A stretch of DNA of 64,000 nucleotides from Thermoplasmatales archaeon (GCA_014874365.1 JACWAH010000001.1:2314-66313), one strand, 5' to 3'; shown: positions 27,727 to 39,556, numbered from the stretch's first letter. A program made the numbers and translations. The notes: a model not told the origin generated them from the sequence alone.

Positions 27727-30393
27727 GTGAAGATGCTGGAAGCCAGAGGTTTCAGCGACTTTACCCTCCCACAAAAGAAGTTCTTTCCAAGCGTGATAGA
27801 GGGCAAAAATTCCCTGCTGATCTCGCCAACCGGCAGCGGGAAAACGGAGGCTGCAATGCTCCCGATCTTCCAGAAGCTTATGGAAGCCAAATACGAACCC
27901 ATCAGCGTTCTTTACGTAACTCCTCTGCGGGCACTCAACAGGGATATGCAATCCAGGTTGCTTGAATATTCCCGCCATACAGGAATATCAATCCGTATCA
28001 AGCACAGCGATATGACGCAGGCAGAACGCAAACTGATAACTACCAGGCCGCCGTTAATCCTGATCACCACACCCGAGTCCCTGCAAATAATGCTGAAAGG
28101 TAAAAATTTGCGGAAACTGTTGACGAATGTCAGGTTTGTCATTGCAGATGAATTGCATGAACTTTCACAGGGGGAAAGGGGGACCCAGTTTGCAGTTGCA
28201 CTGCAGAGACTCCAGTCGATTGCAGGGCCTTTCCAAAGGATCGGGTTGTCCGCTACCGTGGGGAATGCCAGGGAACTGGCAAATTTTCTTTCGCCGCAAT
28301 CTGAAGCTGAATTAGTGGACGTTTCCGTTTTGAAGGAGAAAGACTTAACCGCCCTCATTCCTGAGAAATCCAAGGAAGAAGCTGCAGAGCTTATGGGATG
28401 CGACGAACAATATGCAGGATCGGTGTTGAGGATTCTTGATGAAATTGAAGCCAACCCAGGTACAATCGTATTCGTCAACACAAGAACTGCAGCAGAAGAT
28501 ATGGCATTCAGAATAAGAATGATAAAAGAGGACGCTCCTCTGGAAGTGCATCATGGATCGCTGTCAAGGGAAACCAGGGAAACTGCTGAAAAGAATTTCA
28601 AGGAAGGGCATATTAATGCCATAATAAGCACATCCTCACTTGAACTGGGAATCGACATCGGCGCTGCAAATATGGTCATTCAGTTCAACTCTCCCAGGCA
28701 GGTCACAAAGTTATTGCAGAGAACAGGAAGATCAGGGCACAGCCTGGAAAGGAGGTCAAAGGGACTGGTAATTTGCAACGACTTCATTGAACTTGAAGAG
28801 GCAGTTGCAATAATTCAGCTGGCATACGAGAATGGCGTGGAAAGAGTTTCTATAGCAGAGAATTCCCTGTCGACTCTTGCAAACCAGATAATATCAGAGG
28901 TCAACGCGGCAGGAAAGACCAACGTGCACACACTCTTCAAGACAGTAAACGAGTGTTACAGTTACAGGAATCTTACGATTGATGAATTCCTAAGGCTGGT
29001 GGATTTCCTCGGGCAGATTAGAAAAATTTGGTATGAAGGAGAATTCATCGGACCCAGAAGGGCAAGCCTGAACTATTTCATCAGCAATATCTCAATGATA
29101 CCCAGCGAAAAGGTCTATCGGGTAATAGATATTGTTGGAAGGAAATTCATAGGTACTCTGGATGAAAGATACGTTGTAAGCGAAATAGAGCCGGGCAGCA
29201 ATTTCATCATGAAGGGTTCCACATGGAGGTGTTCAAGAATTGAAGGCGAAAAAATACTGGTGGAACCCATGTTCACACCCGCAATCGCGCCAAAATGGAC
29301 AGGTGAGGACATACCCGTTCCGTATGAAGTATCAATGCGCGTCGGGAAAAACAGGAGACTGCACGATTTCAGGTATTCGTCCAGGGAATCACTCAAGCAA
29401 CTGGAGACATGGACCGATAACTCACTCTCAACCGACAAAACCGTGATCATAGAAGCTGAGGGAATCGAATGTGTGATACAGACCCTTCTTGGCACTAAGG
29501 GCAATTACGCTCTGGCCAGCATTCTGTCAGTATTAATTTCGACAATCACCGGGGAAAGCGTGGAGATGGATTATTCACCCTATCACGTTTATATCAGAAG
29601 CAGCAGAAGGTTCTCCTCGTCGGCTTATAGGGAAATGATCCTTAACCTGAAGGAAAGGGATCTTGATACACTGGCCAAGAGCGCAAGCAGAAGATCTAGT
29701 TTCTTCAACACAGTTTTCCTGTATGAAGCGAGAAAATTCGGCATAATTTCCCCGGATAGCGAAATTGGAAAAATGAGGATGGAGAAGATTATAGAATCTT
29801 ATTTCGAGACTCCAGTGTACGAGGATTCAATCAGGAAGCTCAAGAAAGATTACATGGATGTCGACAGGCTTAAGTCATTTCTTCTGGAAATTGATAAATT
29901 TGAGTTTGTTACTGCTGACAAGATAGGAGACGGATCCAGGCAGTTCATTCGGCATTATTCCGAAAGAATCATGCCGCTCAGGCCAACGAAAACCATACTG
30001 GAAAGTGTAAAAAAGAGAATCATGAATGAAACAGTATCGCTTTACTGTACATCCTGTTCCAACTACCGGACCATGAAGGTTTCTGAGATTACAGTAATCC
30101 GATGCCCCAACTGCGGAAGCAGTCTAGTCGCCAGCCTTTCAGCAAGGGAGAGAGAAAGGATCGGCCCGAAAGAGCTGCAGAACGACCCAATGCTGAAAAA
30201 ACGCCTTGCAAAGAACGCGCACCTTGTAAGGGAAAGGGGGATACAGGCGGTGATTGCCATGGCTGCTCATGGAGTGGGCCCAGAGACCGCTCAAAGAATT
30301 CTCACCACGTCATACCTGGAGGAGGATGATTTCATCAAGGCGATTCTCGGGGCAGAAATTGATTACGCTAAAAACCGGCGCTTCTGGGACTGA
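27727..30393 (+). CDS. lhr: Lhr-family SF2 DEAD/H helicase
   Basis: SPTGSGKT, TPLRALNRD, TTPESL, DELHE, GLSAT, HHGSL, SSLELGIDIG, QRTGRSGH and a C-terminal Zn ribbon. The start may be a CTG at 27688. Confidence 0.92.
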   Translation: MKMLEARGFSDFTLPQKKFFPSVIEGKNSLLISPTGSGKTEAAMLPIFQKLMEAKYEPISVLYVTPLRALNRDMQSRLLEYSRHTGISIRIKHSDMTQAERKLITTRPPLILITTPESLQIMLKGKNLRKLLTNVRFVIADELHELSQGERGTQFAVALQRLQSIAGPFQRIGLSATVGNARELANFLSPQSEAELVDVSVLKEKDLTALIPEKSKEEAAELMGCDEQYAGSVLRILDEIEANPGTIVFVNTRTAAEDMAFRIRMIKEDAPLEVHHGSLSRETRETAEKNFKEGHINAIISTSSLELGIDIGAANMVIQFNSPRQVTKLLQRTGRSGHSLERRSKGLVICNDFIELEEAVAIIQLAYENGVERVSIAENSLSTLANQIISEVNAAGKTNVHTLFKTVNECYSYRNLTIDEFLRLVDFLGQIRKIWYEGEFIGPRRASLNYFISNISMIPSEKVYRVIDIVGRKFIGTLDERYVVSEIEPGSNFIMKGSTWRCSRIEGEKILVEPMFTPAIAPKWTGEDIPVPYEVSMRVGKNRRLHDFRYSSRESLKQLETWTDNSLSTDKTVIIEAEGIECVIQTLLGTKGNYALASILSVLISTITGESVEMDYSPYHVYIRSSRRFSSSAYREMILNLKERDLDTLAKSASRRSSFFNTVFLYEARKFGIISPDSEIGKMRMEKIIESYFETPVYEDSIRKLKKDYMDVDRLKSFLLEIDKFEFVTADKIGDGSRQFIRHYSERIMPLRPTKTILESVKKRIMNETVSLYCTSCSNYRTMKVSEITVIRCPNCGSSLVASLSARERERIGPKELQNDPMLKKRLAKNAHLVRERGIQAVIAMAAHGVGPETAQRILTTSYLEEDDFIKAILGAEIDYAKNRRFWD

Positions 30394-30409
30394 ACTTCCT
30401 CATCGAAAT

Positions 30410-32704
30410 TTACACTAAGGCAGTTAGGGCACTGGAAAAACTTTCCCGCATTTCCTTAACACTCAGGTCAATGATTGGTACGCTATTATGAGAAATCTCC
30501 ATTTTGCTTCCCCCTGAGGTTCCTATACGAGTCAGGCGCAATTCTCCCATTTCTTTCCTCAACAGTTCTTCCTTGGACGGATCGGCTGCAATTAACAATC
30601 TGCTCCCGAGCTCCGAAAACAACTTCTGAGACGGAGTGCCAAAACCGGTTCCTCCTATGTCCACATTCATCCCTATACCGTATCCGAGGCACATTTCGGC
30701 AAGGGCTACGCCCAATCCTCCGTCCGAAATATCGTGCATTGCGGCTATCAGGCCCTTTTCAACGCAACCTGGAATTCTAGCCATAAAATCCTTTACTTCC
30801 TTCAGGTCGGGTTTGTCAATGTCGTGGGATTCCTTATCCAGCGAGTGTTCATACGCACTTCCGTTAAGAGAAGAGACAAGCCGGCCCGCTACATATATTC
30901 CCAGGCCTTCTTTAGGGATAAACTGAGAAACTATGTTTTCGCTTTTGTCCAGCAGGCCAATCATTAAAATAACCGGAGTTGGAATGATATTCTCTGATCT
31001 GTAGGAATTGTAAAGGCTTACGTTTCCTGATACTACTGGCAGGGATAGCTCCCTGGCAGCTTCTGATATACCCTTAATTGAATCTATCAATTCTCCCATT
31101 ACCTTTTTGTGCGTGGGTGAACCAAAATTAAGGCAATCAACTATGGAATGCGGCCTTCCACCGGTTGAAAGAATGTTCATTGCAGCTTCAATTACGCAAT
31201 ATTTAGATCCATTCAGCGGGTTGGCAGCAACAATCAGGGGCCTGCTGCCGGAAGTGATTACAAGGCTCTTTCCGGAACGTATCTGAGGCGAAATTACACT
31301 TGCATCGGTCGGACCTTCACAGTTTGTCCTGCCGGAGAGCGGCCCCTGCAGAGTGGATCCTCTTACTGTATGATCATACTGCCTGACGACCGGCTCCCTT
31401 GAACCAATGTTGGGGTCCGAGAGCATTTTTAACAGGGTGGAGTTGAAGTCTTTTGGCTCACTTGGAAGAAAGGTTCCCCTGATCGGGGGGTTTACTTCAA
31501 ATGGCCTCTCATACTCAAGCCCGGAAGTCATGAATCCGAGATCCAAATCAAGCACGGTTTCGCCATTATAAGTGATCGATAACCTGTGACCATTTTCAGT
31601 TCTACCAATTACCGAATATTCAATATCCCACAATTCGAATATTTTCTTGATTTTGTCATAATAGGAAGGATTTAACGCAAGGAGCATCCTCTCCTGGCTC
31701 TCACTGACCCATATCTCCCATGGTTCCATGCCTTCTTCCTTTAGGAGGACCTTCTCCAGCTCTATCCTTGCCCCAATTCCTCCAGAATGGACAAGTTCTC
31801 CAATAGCGCTTGACATTCCACCGCCGCCGAGGTCCTTCATTCCAGCGATCAATCCACCCTCTGAAGCCTCCAGAATTGCATGAATGAGGGGTTGTTCAAC
31901 GATGGGATTGCCTAATTGTACGGATTTGCTGTCCTCCTCGCTATGGGCTATTGATCGCGATGCAAAGTTGACGCCATGGATACCATCTCTTCCAGTTCTG
32001 CCCCCAGCGATTAATAGCAGGTAATCAGGTTCAGAGATCCTGCTCCTTATTACATCCCTTGTCTTGATCACGCCCACGCATCCGGCATTTACAAGAGGAT
32101 TGTGATTGTATGATGAATGGAAGAAAATCGAACCAGACACGGTAGGAATTCCAACCCGGTTGCCATAATCCCTTATTCCAGATACAACGCCGGAGAAGAG
32201 TGATCGGGTGGACATGGAATTTTTGCTTCCGTGAAACGCTGGATCGCCGAAGAAAAGTGAATCTAAAAGCGCAATCGGTTGGGCGCCCATGCATAATACA
32301 TCCCTTATAATTCCACCAACGCCAGTTGCCGCTCCTCCATAAGGCTCAACGGCGCTGGGATGGTTGTGGCTTTCCATCTTCACAACATATGAGTATTCAT
32401 CGTCAATTTTGACTACTGCGGCATCGTCCTCCATTGCAAGGTACACGTAATCTTGCTTAAGGTCCTGAAAATACTTTTTAAGATAGAACTTGGAAGACTT
32501 ATAACAGCTATGTTCGCTCCATGCCTGTGCCATTGCATTCAACTCAACGTCAGTAGGCTCTCTTCCTTCTTTCTCAAAATACCCCTGGAGAAGCTTCATC
32601 TCACTCAAATCAAGGGACAACCCCAGTTTTGTGCTCAGGTTAACTAGAATTTTATCATTCTTTCCAATAATGCTGACTATATTTCTATGAGAGTTTTTTG
32701 GCAA
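30410..32704 (-). CDS. purL: Phosphoribosylformylglycinamidine synthase subunit PurL
   Basis: WSEHSCYKSS, KMESHNHPS, GRDGIHG, DLGGGG, SESQERM and HDISDGG motifs. Confidence 0.97.
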   Translation of the reverse strand: MPKNSHRNIVSIIGKNDKILVNLSTKLGLSLDLSEMKLLQGYFEKEGREPTDVELNAMAQAWSEHSCYKSSKFYLKKYFQDLKQDYVYLAMEDDAAVVKIDDEYSYVVKMESHNHPSAVEPYGGAATGVGGIIRDVLCMGAQPIALLDSLFFGDPAFHGSKNSMSTRSLFSGVVSGIRDYGNRVGIPTVSGSIFFHSSYNHNPLVNAGCVGVIKTRDVIRSRISEPDYLLLIAGGRTGRDGIHGVNFASRSIAHSEEDSKSVQLGNPIVEQPLIHAILEASEGGLIAGMKDLGGGGMSSAIGELVHSGGIGARIELEKVLLKEEGMEPWEIWVSESQERMLLALNPSYYDKIKKIFELWDIEYSVIGRTENGHRLSITYNGETVLDLDLGFMTSGLEYERPFEVNPPIRGTFLPSEPKDFNSTLLKMLSDPNIGSREPVVRQYDHTVRGSTLQGPLSGRTNCEGPTDASVISPQIRSGKSLVITSGSRPLIVAANPLNGSKYCVIEAAMNILSTGGRPHSIVDCLNFGSPTHKKVMGELIDSIKGISEAARELSLPVVSGNVSLYNSYRSENIIPTPVILMIGLLDKSENIVSQFIPKEGLGIYVAGRLVSSLNGSAYEHSLDKESHDIDKPDLKEVKDFMARIPGCVEKGLIAAMHDISDGGLGVALAEMCLGYGIGMNVDIGGTGFGTPSQKLFSELGSRLLIAADPSKEELLRKEMGELRLTRIGTSGGSKMEISHNSVPIIDLSVKEMRESFSSALTALV

Positions 32705-32711
32705 CTGCTAA

Positions 32712-32948
32712 TCATCTCAGGATTCTGTAGCTCTGTATCACAGGATTTGAGAGTATTTTCTCAGAAATTTCCATGACCAGGTCTTCGGCATCACGCTTAG
32801 TATCGCCCAGATTGATCTCGTAGATTTTACTGATGTTGACTTTCTTGATAGAATCGTATCCGAGGATTCTCAAGTTCTTCTCTACGGTAATTGCCTCAGG
32901 ATCTTCGACTCCCCGCTTGTAGGTGACCTCCACCCTGACGATAGCCAT
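32712..32948 (-). CDS. purS: FGAM synthase subunit PurS
   Basis: GVEDPEA and LSNPVIQSY motifs, directly upstream of purL. Confidence 0.95.
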   Translation of the reverse strand: MAIVRVEVTYKRGVEDPEAITVEKNLRILGYDSIKKVNISKIYEINLGDTKRDAEDLVMEISEKILSNPVIQSYRILR

Positions 32949-33269
32949 TAAGGGTGAATTCCGAAGCAGATTAAATCTTGTCTGTTACTCTGGCAATGGC
33001 AACGATCTCTACAATAAGCGCATAAGATCCTTGAATCCCAAGACTTAGCAATACATCTCCATCGCCTTGCCATCTCCATAAAAATATATAAGGACTGCAG
33101 GAAGAGTATCTTCACTGTTAGTACGGATCGTTGTATAATCTTCCACCAGTATATCCGTTATTACTTTCAAGATCGTCAGGAATTGGCCTGAAAGCTTCCA
33201 GGTCAACAGCTGTCTCCGAATCTTGCTAATCTTGATTTTTCTCCCTGAGACCGAAATTTACTATGTTCA

Positions 33270-33978
33270 TTGTATTTGGTCAGGATCCCACGAGTAAAGA
33301 TGCTGAAAAACCCATTAGATGCCTATCTTGATAACGAAGATGAATTCAGATGGGAACCCCCTGAATGTGGCGAGGAGTTTCCCATATCAGATCACGTGAA
33401 AGAAAGGATCAAGAGTGATCTCGACAGTGGAATCTATCATGTCTATCTGCATGCGAGGACACCCAAGATAAGGTGCCCTGAGCATTGGAAACCTCTCGCC
33501 TTATTACCATGGGGAGAGAGAGGCATTCCAGTTTCTCAAAGAGATTATGTTCTCATGTGAATCTTCCCGAGAAAAACAGGGATAGACATGAGAGCCTAAG
33601 CGATCTGATCTCAAGACCGCAAGTGCATAAGCGTTCAAGGAGAACCTTAGAAATCTCTGGCTTTGCTCGGACAAGGAGGAAGCTCAAGCATTATGGAAAC
33701 GCTGGTACTGGTGAGCACGCATTTTCGAATACGTTTGTTATAAAGGCTGTAAGAATGTTTGAGTATTATCTTTTCGGCGGGCTTTCATATTTCAGGCAGA
33801 GAATCACAAACGCTATAGCAGGAGGATTGAATTCCAAGATAGATGCGATAAGCAAGATGGTCTAAAGTTACAGAAACAGGGAAGAAATCAAGACGGCAAT
33901 TTATTTCCACTGCGGTAATAGACTTGTGCTTCTAAGATTCATTTGAGATTGTCATTTCCCACAAATATGTGATGAACC
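33270..33978 (+). mobile_element. ISL3-family transposase remnant with right terminal IR
   Basis: Zn-finger remnant ECG...DLD....VYLHARTPKIRCPEH and C-terminal ITNAIAGGLNSKI...YRN...KTAIYFHCG. The end cccacaaatatgtgatgaacc (33958-33978) reads GGTTCATC on the reverse strand. Confidence 0.8.
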
Positions 33979-34145
33979 TAAATGATAACGAGCACAGATT
34001 CAATACTTAAGCGACTTCATGGTTCTTGATTTCGCATAAGTTCCAGCTTTTTTTACTATGTATCTGTGGTGGTGGCCGAGGAGCCGAACAACAAGATTTC
34101 GAATTTATGAGCGAAAATTTATTAATATTGGCCCGTTATATTTTC

Positions 34146-36212
34146 ATGAACGCTTACGGGAACCCCGTAATTGTTGATTCAGAGAATAAACGGAGCATTT
34201 TGATTACCGCTGGCGCAATTGCGATAGCATTTTTGATGGTATTACCTGTTGTGTCTTACCTAAACTCGAACATTAAAGTACCTAGTGTTGTATATCAATA
34301 TGGGGGCGAAACTGTTAAATTCAGCGGGATGAATGCATATGTTGGGTTTGGAAGTAATCTTTATCCCGTTACCTGGAAAGTGTTTCAGATCAGTCCTGAA
34401 ATTTCCACAAATGTTCGTGGGCTGATTTTAACTGGAGCATCTTCATCCCCAATCGCCCAAGAAACATTCTCCACTTACTCTTATAATAGAATATTAAGTG
34501 CAGATCAGAATTCAGCAGTGCTGTTGATGCGGAATTCCAATATGCGAATTGCTGAGATATTTTCGTTCTCTTCGCACGGGATAGACGCTAGTCTGTCCTT
34601 TACCAACCTAAACAATACCAATCAAAGCTTCTCAGTGGTGTTTTCCTTGCAACAGAAACATGATGATTCAAGCATGTTTGGAGGTGACAAGTTTATCAAT
34701 CTTGTGCATGGGACAGGAATTCCTGATTCTTTATTTGCCATACCCGACTCGTCCAGCTTTGCGCAACAGGGAAATCTCTCTTTGTCTTGGCAAAATGAAA
34801 TGGGAATATACCATGGTGGACTCGTGTACGCTGGAACGAACTCACTCCTTACAGATATATCCTTTGGGCCATTGACACTGATGCGGGATGAGACATACAG
34901 CATAGACCCTATTATCTCCCCCGATCAGTCTACACCCCCACCCAATGGTGGAGGTGGGAGTGGTACTCCACCACAGATAACCGATGTTACAGTATCTAAT
35001 TTTAAGGTGACCCACAATGATGGAACGCCTTACAGTGAAGTTCTTGGTGGGGATTACGTGCTTGACATCTCGTTCGATTACCAGGTCAGCGGGGCCGGTT
35101 CGGCCAATCTCTATTTTGATGCCGTATCGCCGATTGGGGTCTCCTATCATGCAGCACAGGGATTCTCTGTTTCTGGATCTGGTTCCTATTCCATGCAGTG
35201 GCCTATCCAACCTGGAACATACAGTGGGTTTGCGATTGACCCTGGAGCGAACACTTTGATTTACGGTTCAAGTATGATCAGCATGCCCCTGTATGTGTGG
35301 TCGGAGACGCCATATAAATACCCCACATCCCAATCCACGAGCGCCTATGCTTTTCTGCATGACGACGACAACTTTGGAACAGTTTGGAACGCTTCAAATG
35401 GGGAGAAAGTTTTTACCGTGAGTCAGTCGGTGGGACCCGGGCAAGGAGAGAGCGGTGGATTAAACCAAATGTTCAATAGTGGGGATAAGGTTCATCTTGG
35501 ATTTTCCGCAGGCGTTTCAAATAAAACAAGAACGTTGGGAGTTTGGAACATAGATCAGGGTTTCCTCTGGGATAGTAATACCATGGGACTGACCCACATC
35601 AACGATAAAGAATTTGTGACGGACCAGAAATTTACCGATTATGTACAGGGACAGGTTAGTTCCATTGAAGCAAACTCTACATTGATGGAGCAGGCTATCT
35701 GGAATGCTATTGATGTTGGCCTTGGTTTGGCCTCAACAGTTTCCGAACCACCTTTTGATATTATCCTCGCTGTTGGAAGCGCGGCCATGACCCTCATAGG
35801 AGATTTTCTATTCGAAACGGAGAACACATACTCAGATTCAATACATTATTCTGATATTTGGGACAACCTTACCGGAGTACAGAATCCATGGCCAGATATT
35901 GCGAGTTGGGCTGCAATCACTGGCCCTGGTCCTGTGATGGACCCTGTATCCGGGCAGTATACTATTCTCCAAAATCAGTGCTTATCATACATTTTCGATT
36001 TCAACGAGACAACCATTCTTGGGTCTACTTCTGGATATCCTGGAAATTACGTGACAAATAACTTTACTTATGTCATCGATGTTACAATGATGTCTCTTGA
36101 TGGAACTAATCAGACAATGTACATTCCTGGTCTTGGGGATAACCCAGACAACTCGACCCCTGCATTCTATTCTACAAGTATTTCTATGCCAGTGTACATA
36201 GTGGAACAGTGA
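34146..36212 (+). CDS. Large secreted/surface multidomain protein, function unknown
   Basis: N-terminal hydrophobic segment, S/T/N/G/Y-rich beta domains, a PPPNGGGGSGTPP linker and a C-terminal hydrophobic helical hairpin. A TATA-like sequence lies about 25 nt upstream of the ATG at 34146. Confidence 0.8.
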   Translation: MNAYGNPVIVDSENKRSILITAGAIAIAFLMVLPVVSYLNSNIKVPSVVYQYGGETVKFSGMNAYVGFGSNLYPVTWKVFQISPEISTNVRGLILTGASSSPIAQETFSTYSYNRILSADQNSAVLLMRNSNMRIAEIFSFSSHGIDASLSFTNLNNTNQSFSVVFSLQQKHDDSSMFGGDKFINLVHGTGIPDSLFAIPDSSSFAQQGNLSLSWQNEMGIYHGGLVYAGTNSLLTDISFGPLTLMRDETYSIDPIISPDQSTPPPNGGGGSGTPPQITDVTVSNFKVTHNDGTPYSEVLGGDYVLDISFDYQVSGAGSANLYFDAVSPIGVSYHAAQGFSVSGSGSYSMQWPIQPGTYSGFAIDPGANTLIYGSSMISMPLYVWSETPYKYPTSQSTSAYAFLHDDDNFGTVWNASNGEKVFTVSQSVGPGQGESGGLNQMFNSGDKVHLGFSAGVSNKTRTLGVWNIDQGFLWDSNTMGLTHINDKEFVTDQKFTDYVQGQVSSIEANSTLMEQAIWNAIDVGLGLASTVSEPPFDIILAVGSAAMTLIGDFLFETENTYSDSIHYSDIWDNLTGVQNPWPDIASWAAITGPGPVMDPVSGQYTILQNQCLSYIFDFNETTILGSTSGYPGNYVTNNFTYVIDVTMMSLDGTNQTMYIPGLGDNPDNSTPAFYSTSISMPVYIVEQ

Positions 36213-36250
36213 TAGAATTATGTTTATTTTGTTATTTTAGGTGGGCTTGA

Positions 36251-36913
36251 ATGCGTAGAAGAATGAAGATACTGATTTCAGTTCTATTTGTGGCCGCAAT
36301 AGTGATTTTAATTGGCACATTATACGAATTTGTCACCGAACCAAAAGCATGGGCAGAACATCCTGGTTGGTATGCGTACTACGGAGGAACTACCTATCCT
36401 GAACTCAGTCATGATGGCTTATACAACTTCACTGAATACGGGAACGCCTTGAGTGTTGGGTGGGCTGTCTGGCCTGCATTCAATGTTGCAGTCGTGGGTC
36501 TGAATGGAACTTTTGCAGGCGGCTTCGACTTTCTGGACCTTCAAATGTGGACAAACAGCCAGACGTTCTCGTTTCCATTTAATGGTGTGACCTTTTCAGT
36601 TCATTCCATCACAATGTCTGTGAATGGGACACTCTACAAGAATATCCCAAACATCAACAACAATAATGTTCTGCTGAGCAGCAATTGGATCGCTAGTTCG
36701 CAGCCTGGCTCATCTTATTTTGTAGTTGACTATGTCTATGGAATAAGCGGACATCCCTATTTATACGACTACCTAAACGCTGGAAACTACACGATTACGG
36801 TATCAGTAACTTTCACCCCAGTTTTTGAATCTGGACCATATTATTTCAGTGGTGGAGACCAGACTTTCACATGGAGTTACACTCAGGAATTTATTAATGA
36901 AACACAGCCTTAG
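36251..36913 (+). CDS. Membrane-anchored extracellular protein, unknown function
   Basis: MRRRMK followed by a TM helix, then an aromatic/N-rich beta domain. Confidence 0.8.
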   Translation: MRRRMKILISVLFVAAIVILIGTLYEFVTEPKAWAEHPGWYAYYGGTTYPELSHDGLYNFTEYGNALSVGWAVWPAFNVAVVGLNGTFAGGFDFLDLQMWTNSQTFSFPFNGVTFSVHSITMSVNGTLYKNIPNINNNNVLLSSNWIASSQPGSSYFVVDYVYGISGHPYLYDYLNAGNYTITVSVTFTPVFESGPYYFSGGDQTFTWSYTQEFINETQP

Positions 36914-37213
36914 TACATATTGTCCCCTTGAGTTCGTGTATTTTGTGTTTGTCAGCCGATGATCGGTCAGTCGATCCTCGTCCTTTCTCTTCTCACTACC
37001 AGTTAATTAGTTCCTTCTCTTCCTGTTAAAGACCACCTTCCCGGGAAGGCATTCATGGCACATTAACTGCATGTTGTTGAGTTTGTATTTAGGCCTACAT
37101 TCAATATCTCCGTGATATGATCAAACCAATCTTCCTACTTGCTGCATTTGATATAACTGTTCTGAACTTAAAGGATCATCAAAATTTAGGCACTGTAAAA
37201 TTTACACTATGGA

Positions 37214-37675
37214 TTACTGAACGGCTATCTGACCCATGTAATTTTCAAGAGATCTCTCAAAAGCCAAGAGAACATTCCTGAATACTGAAAGGTCATCACC
37301 TTCAATCTTTGGTAAACTGGCCACTATTATCTTCCTTGATATCTCGTCACCCTGCAGAATAACAGACGCCCCCTTTTCCTTTATGGAGACTCTCATCATC
37401 CGCCTGTCGTTCCTGTCCCTGCTCTTTTTTGCGTATCCCTTCCCGACAAGGTTATTGACCACGCCTGTGATCCATGGACCCGTCAGATCGGTCTGATCCG
37501 CGATAACATTTATAGGCATCTCTTTCCCTGTGGACAGCACCTTAAGCACTTTCAGTTCGCTCCTGTTGATACCAACCGATCCAAGCTCAATCTCAAGTAA
37601 CCTCTTGTATGCCTTGGCTACCCTGGCAAAGAGGTCCCAGATCTCAAGAATCTCCTCTTCTTTATTTTCTGACAT
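37214..37675 (-). CDS. MarR-family transcriptional regulator
   Basis: Winged [26 protein letters not shown] at 37675 overlaps the MFS 3' end. Confidence 0.9.
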   Translation of the reverse strand: MSENKEEEILEIWDLFARVAKAYKRLLEIELGSVGINRSELKVLKVLSTGKEMPINVIADQTDLTGPWITGVVNNLVGKGYAKKSRDRNDRRMMRVSIKEKGASVILQGDEISRKIIVASLPKIEGDDLSVFRNVLLAFERSLENYMGQIAVQ

Positions 37676-39467
37676 CGCTTCCTCCAGAATTTGTTGAATC
37701 TTCGGTAGAAGTGTCTGATTTTGTAAAAGTGTTGGAAGGCCCGGAGACAGACTCGTTAACATTACCTTCTGCGTCGCTGGATAATATCGCTTCTGCGTGA
37801 ACAAATTTCTTTCCTCTCATTGCAGATAATGCGGCTGCCAGGAAAAATAGGGCAGCACCAACATAGAAAGAGATTCTCAAGGAGCCAATGAATGCCGGTG
37901 CAAGTGCAGTTGGAAACCACCGTGTTCCCAGAAGCAAGCTGTACGTATGTCCACTAATAAGAGAAGTGAAGGAGGATGGAAGTTCCGCGAATATCTGCCC
38001 CATCGGGTTATAACCAAGAAACGCAGAGAACAATGCTGCGGTGGGTGGTAGTTTTGTGAACAGCGGCGCCAAAATCTGGGCACCTGAGTTGCTCAGTGCC
38101 GGCGTGAAATAAACCGGTATCAGGTTTGTCAGCCCAACAATTACGACGGTGAAGAAAATTGCCAGGCTCATTGTGGAACCAGTGTTCTGCAAAGTTGCCC
38201 TCATTCCCGAAGCTGTGCCACGGACCCTGGCAGGAACGGAGTTCATTACTGCCGTAACATTAGGCGCGGCAAACATCCCAAGGGAGCAACCAAACAGAAA
38301 CAGAATAGCGGCAAATACCGGATACGAGAAATTATAGTTAAGCGTACTCATGAACAGCAGGGAAATTCCGGCAAGTACCATTCCAAATGTACTCAGGAAC
38401 CTGGCTCCTATCCTATCGGAAAGCGCACCACTAAGCGGGCCCATTACCACAAAACCAATCATCATTGGAATCATGTAAATGCCAGCCCAGAAGGGGACGG
38501 AAGAATACGAATAACCATGGAGGGGGAGCCAGATCCCCTGCAGCAAAATAATTAACATCAATTGAACGCCTCCCATACCCAACCCCTGAAGCATACCTGC
38601 AAAACTTCCGGAAGAGAATGCCCTATTTCTGAACATCTTCATGTCGAACATCGGTTGCTCCACGTAGAATTCAACTGCAATGAATAGAACCAGCAACAAT
38701 GAACCCGACAAAAGGGACGCAATTACCCATGGGTTTCCCCAGCCCATGGTGGAATTCCCGTATGGCATGAGACCATATGTCACTGCAAGCAAGATGAGCG
38801 CAAGTCCACTTCCGAAGGTCAGGTTCCCCGCAATATCTATTTTCTGGTCTGGATGCTTAACAGAATTGTCTTTCAGCTTGGCATAAGACCAGACTGTACC
38901 CAATATTCCAACGGGTACACTTACAAGAAAGATGTCTCTCCAATATATTGCAGATAATATCCCACCTAAAATCAGTCCAACCAGGGAACCGGCAAGGAAT
39001 GAGATCTGGTTTATTCCCATTGCCTTCCCGCGTTCATTAGGGGGGAAGCTGTCGGTGATTATAGCTGCAGAATTTGCAAACAAGAAAGATGCTCCGACTG
39101 CCTGAATCATTCTGAACAGGATCAGTTCCAGTGCACCTGCACTGCCCGTATTTGGAGTAAGATACAAGGTTATGGAACCTATTGTAAAAACCAGGAAACC
39201 GAAATTGAAGAGCCGAACTCTTCCAAAGATGTCAGATAATCTGCCAACGGTTACCAGTACCGCTGCGGTTATTATGTTATAACCCATCAAAATCCACAAA
39301 AGATACTCAAACGATCCAGGCAGGAATGGATCTATGTTGATCCCCCTGAAAATCGCAGGTAATGAAATCAGTATGATGGTACCGTTTATTGATGCCATCA
39401 GCACACCTATCGTAGTATTTGACAGGGCAACCCATTTGTACTGTACCAATATAACCAGACGGGTCAT
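37662..39467 (-). CDS. MFS efflux transporter (DHA2/EmrB-QacA-like, 14 TM)
   Basis: [26 protein letters not shown] and [10 protein letters not shown] motifs. Confidence 0.9.
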   Translation of the reverse strand: MTRLVILVQYKWVALSNTTIGVLMASINGTIILISLPAIFRGINIDPFLPGSFEYLLWILMGYNIITAAVLVTVGRLSDIFGRVRLFNFGFLVFTIGSITLYLTPNTGSAGALELILFRMIQAVGASFLFANSAAIITDSFPPNERGKAMGINQISFLAGSLVGLILGGILSAIYWRDIFLVSVPVGILGTVWSYAKLKDNSVKHPDQKIDIAGNLTFGSGLALILLAVTYGLMPYGNSTMGWGNPWVIASLLSGSLLLVLFIAVEFYVEQPMFDMKMFRNRAFSSGSFAGMLQGLGMGGVQLMLIILLQGIWLPLHGYSYSSVPFWAGIYMIPMMIGFVVMGPLSGALSDRIGARFLSTFGMVLAGISLLFMSTLNYNFSYPVFAAILFLFGCSLGMFAAPNVTAVMNSVPARVRGTASGMRATLQNTGSTMSLAIFFTVVIVGLTNLIPVYFTPALSNSGAQILAPLFTKLPPTAALFSAFLGYNPMGQIFAELPSSFTSLISGHTYSLLLGTRWFPTALAPAFIGSLRISFYVGAALFFLAAALSAMRGKKFVHAEAILSSDAEGNVNESVSGPSNTFTKSDTSTEDSTNSGGSDVRK

Positions 39468-39556
39468 TTTTGATCTCTATAAATACATAACTAATTACTA
39501 AGTTATTAGTTATCACAAATCGTTTTATATTGAAAAGCCATCAAGCCCAGTATATC

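Noticed and set aside
32990..33260. Minus-strand gene fragment between purS and the ISL3 remnant
   Set aside because: There is a short open stretch with no start or recognisable motif, so no call can be supported.
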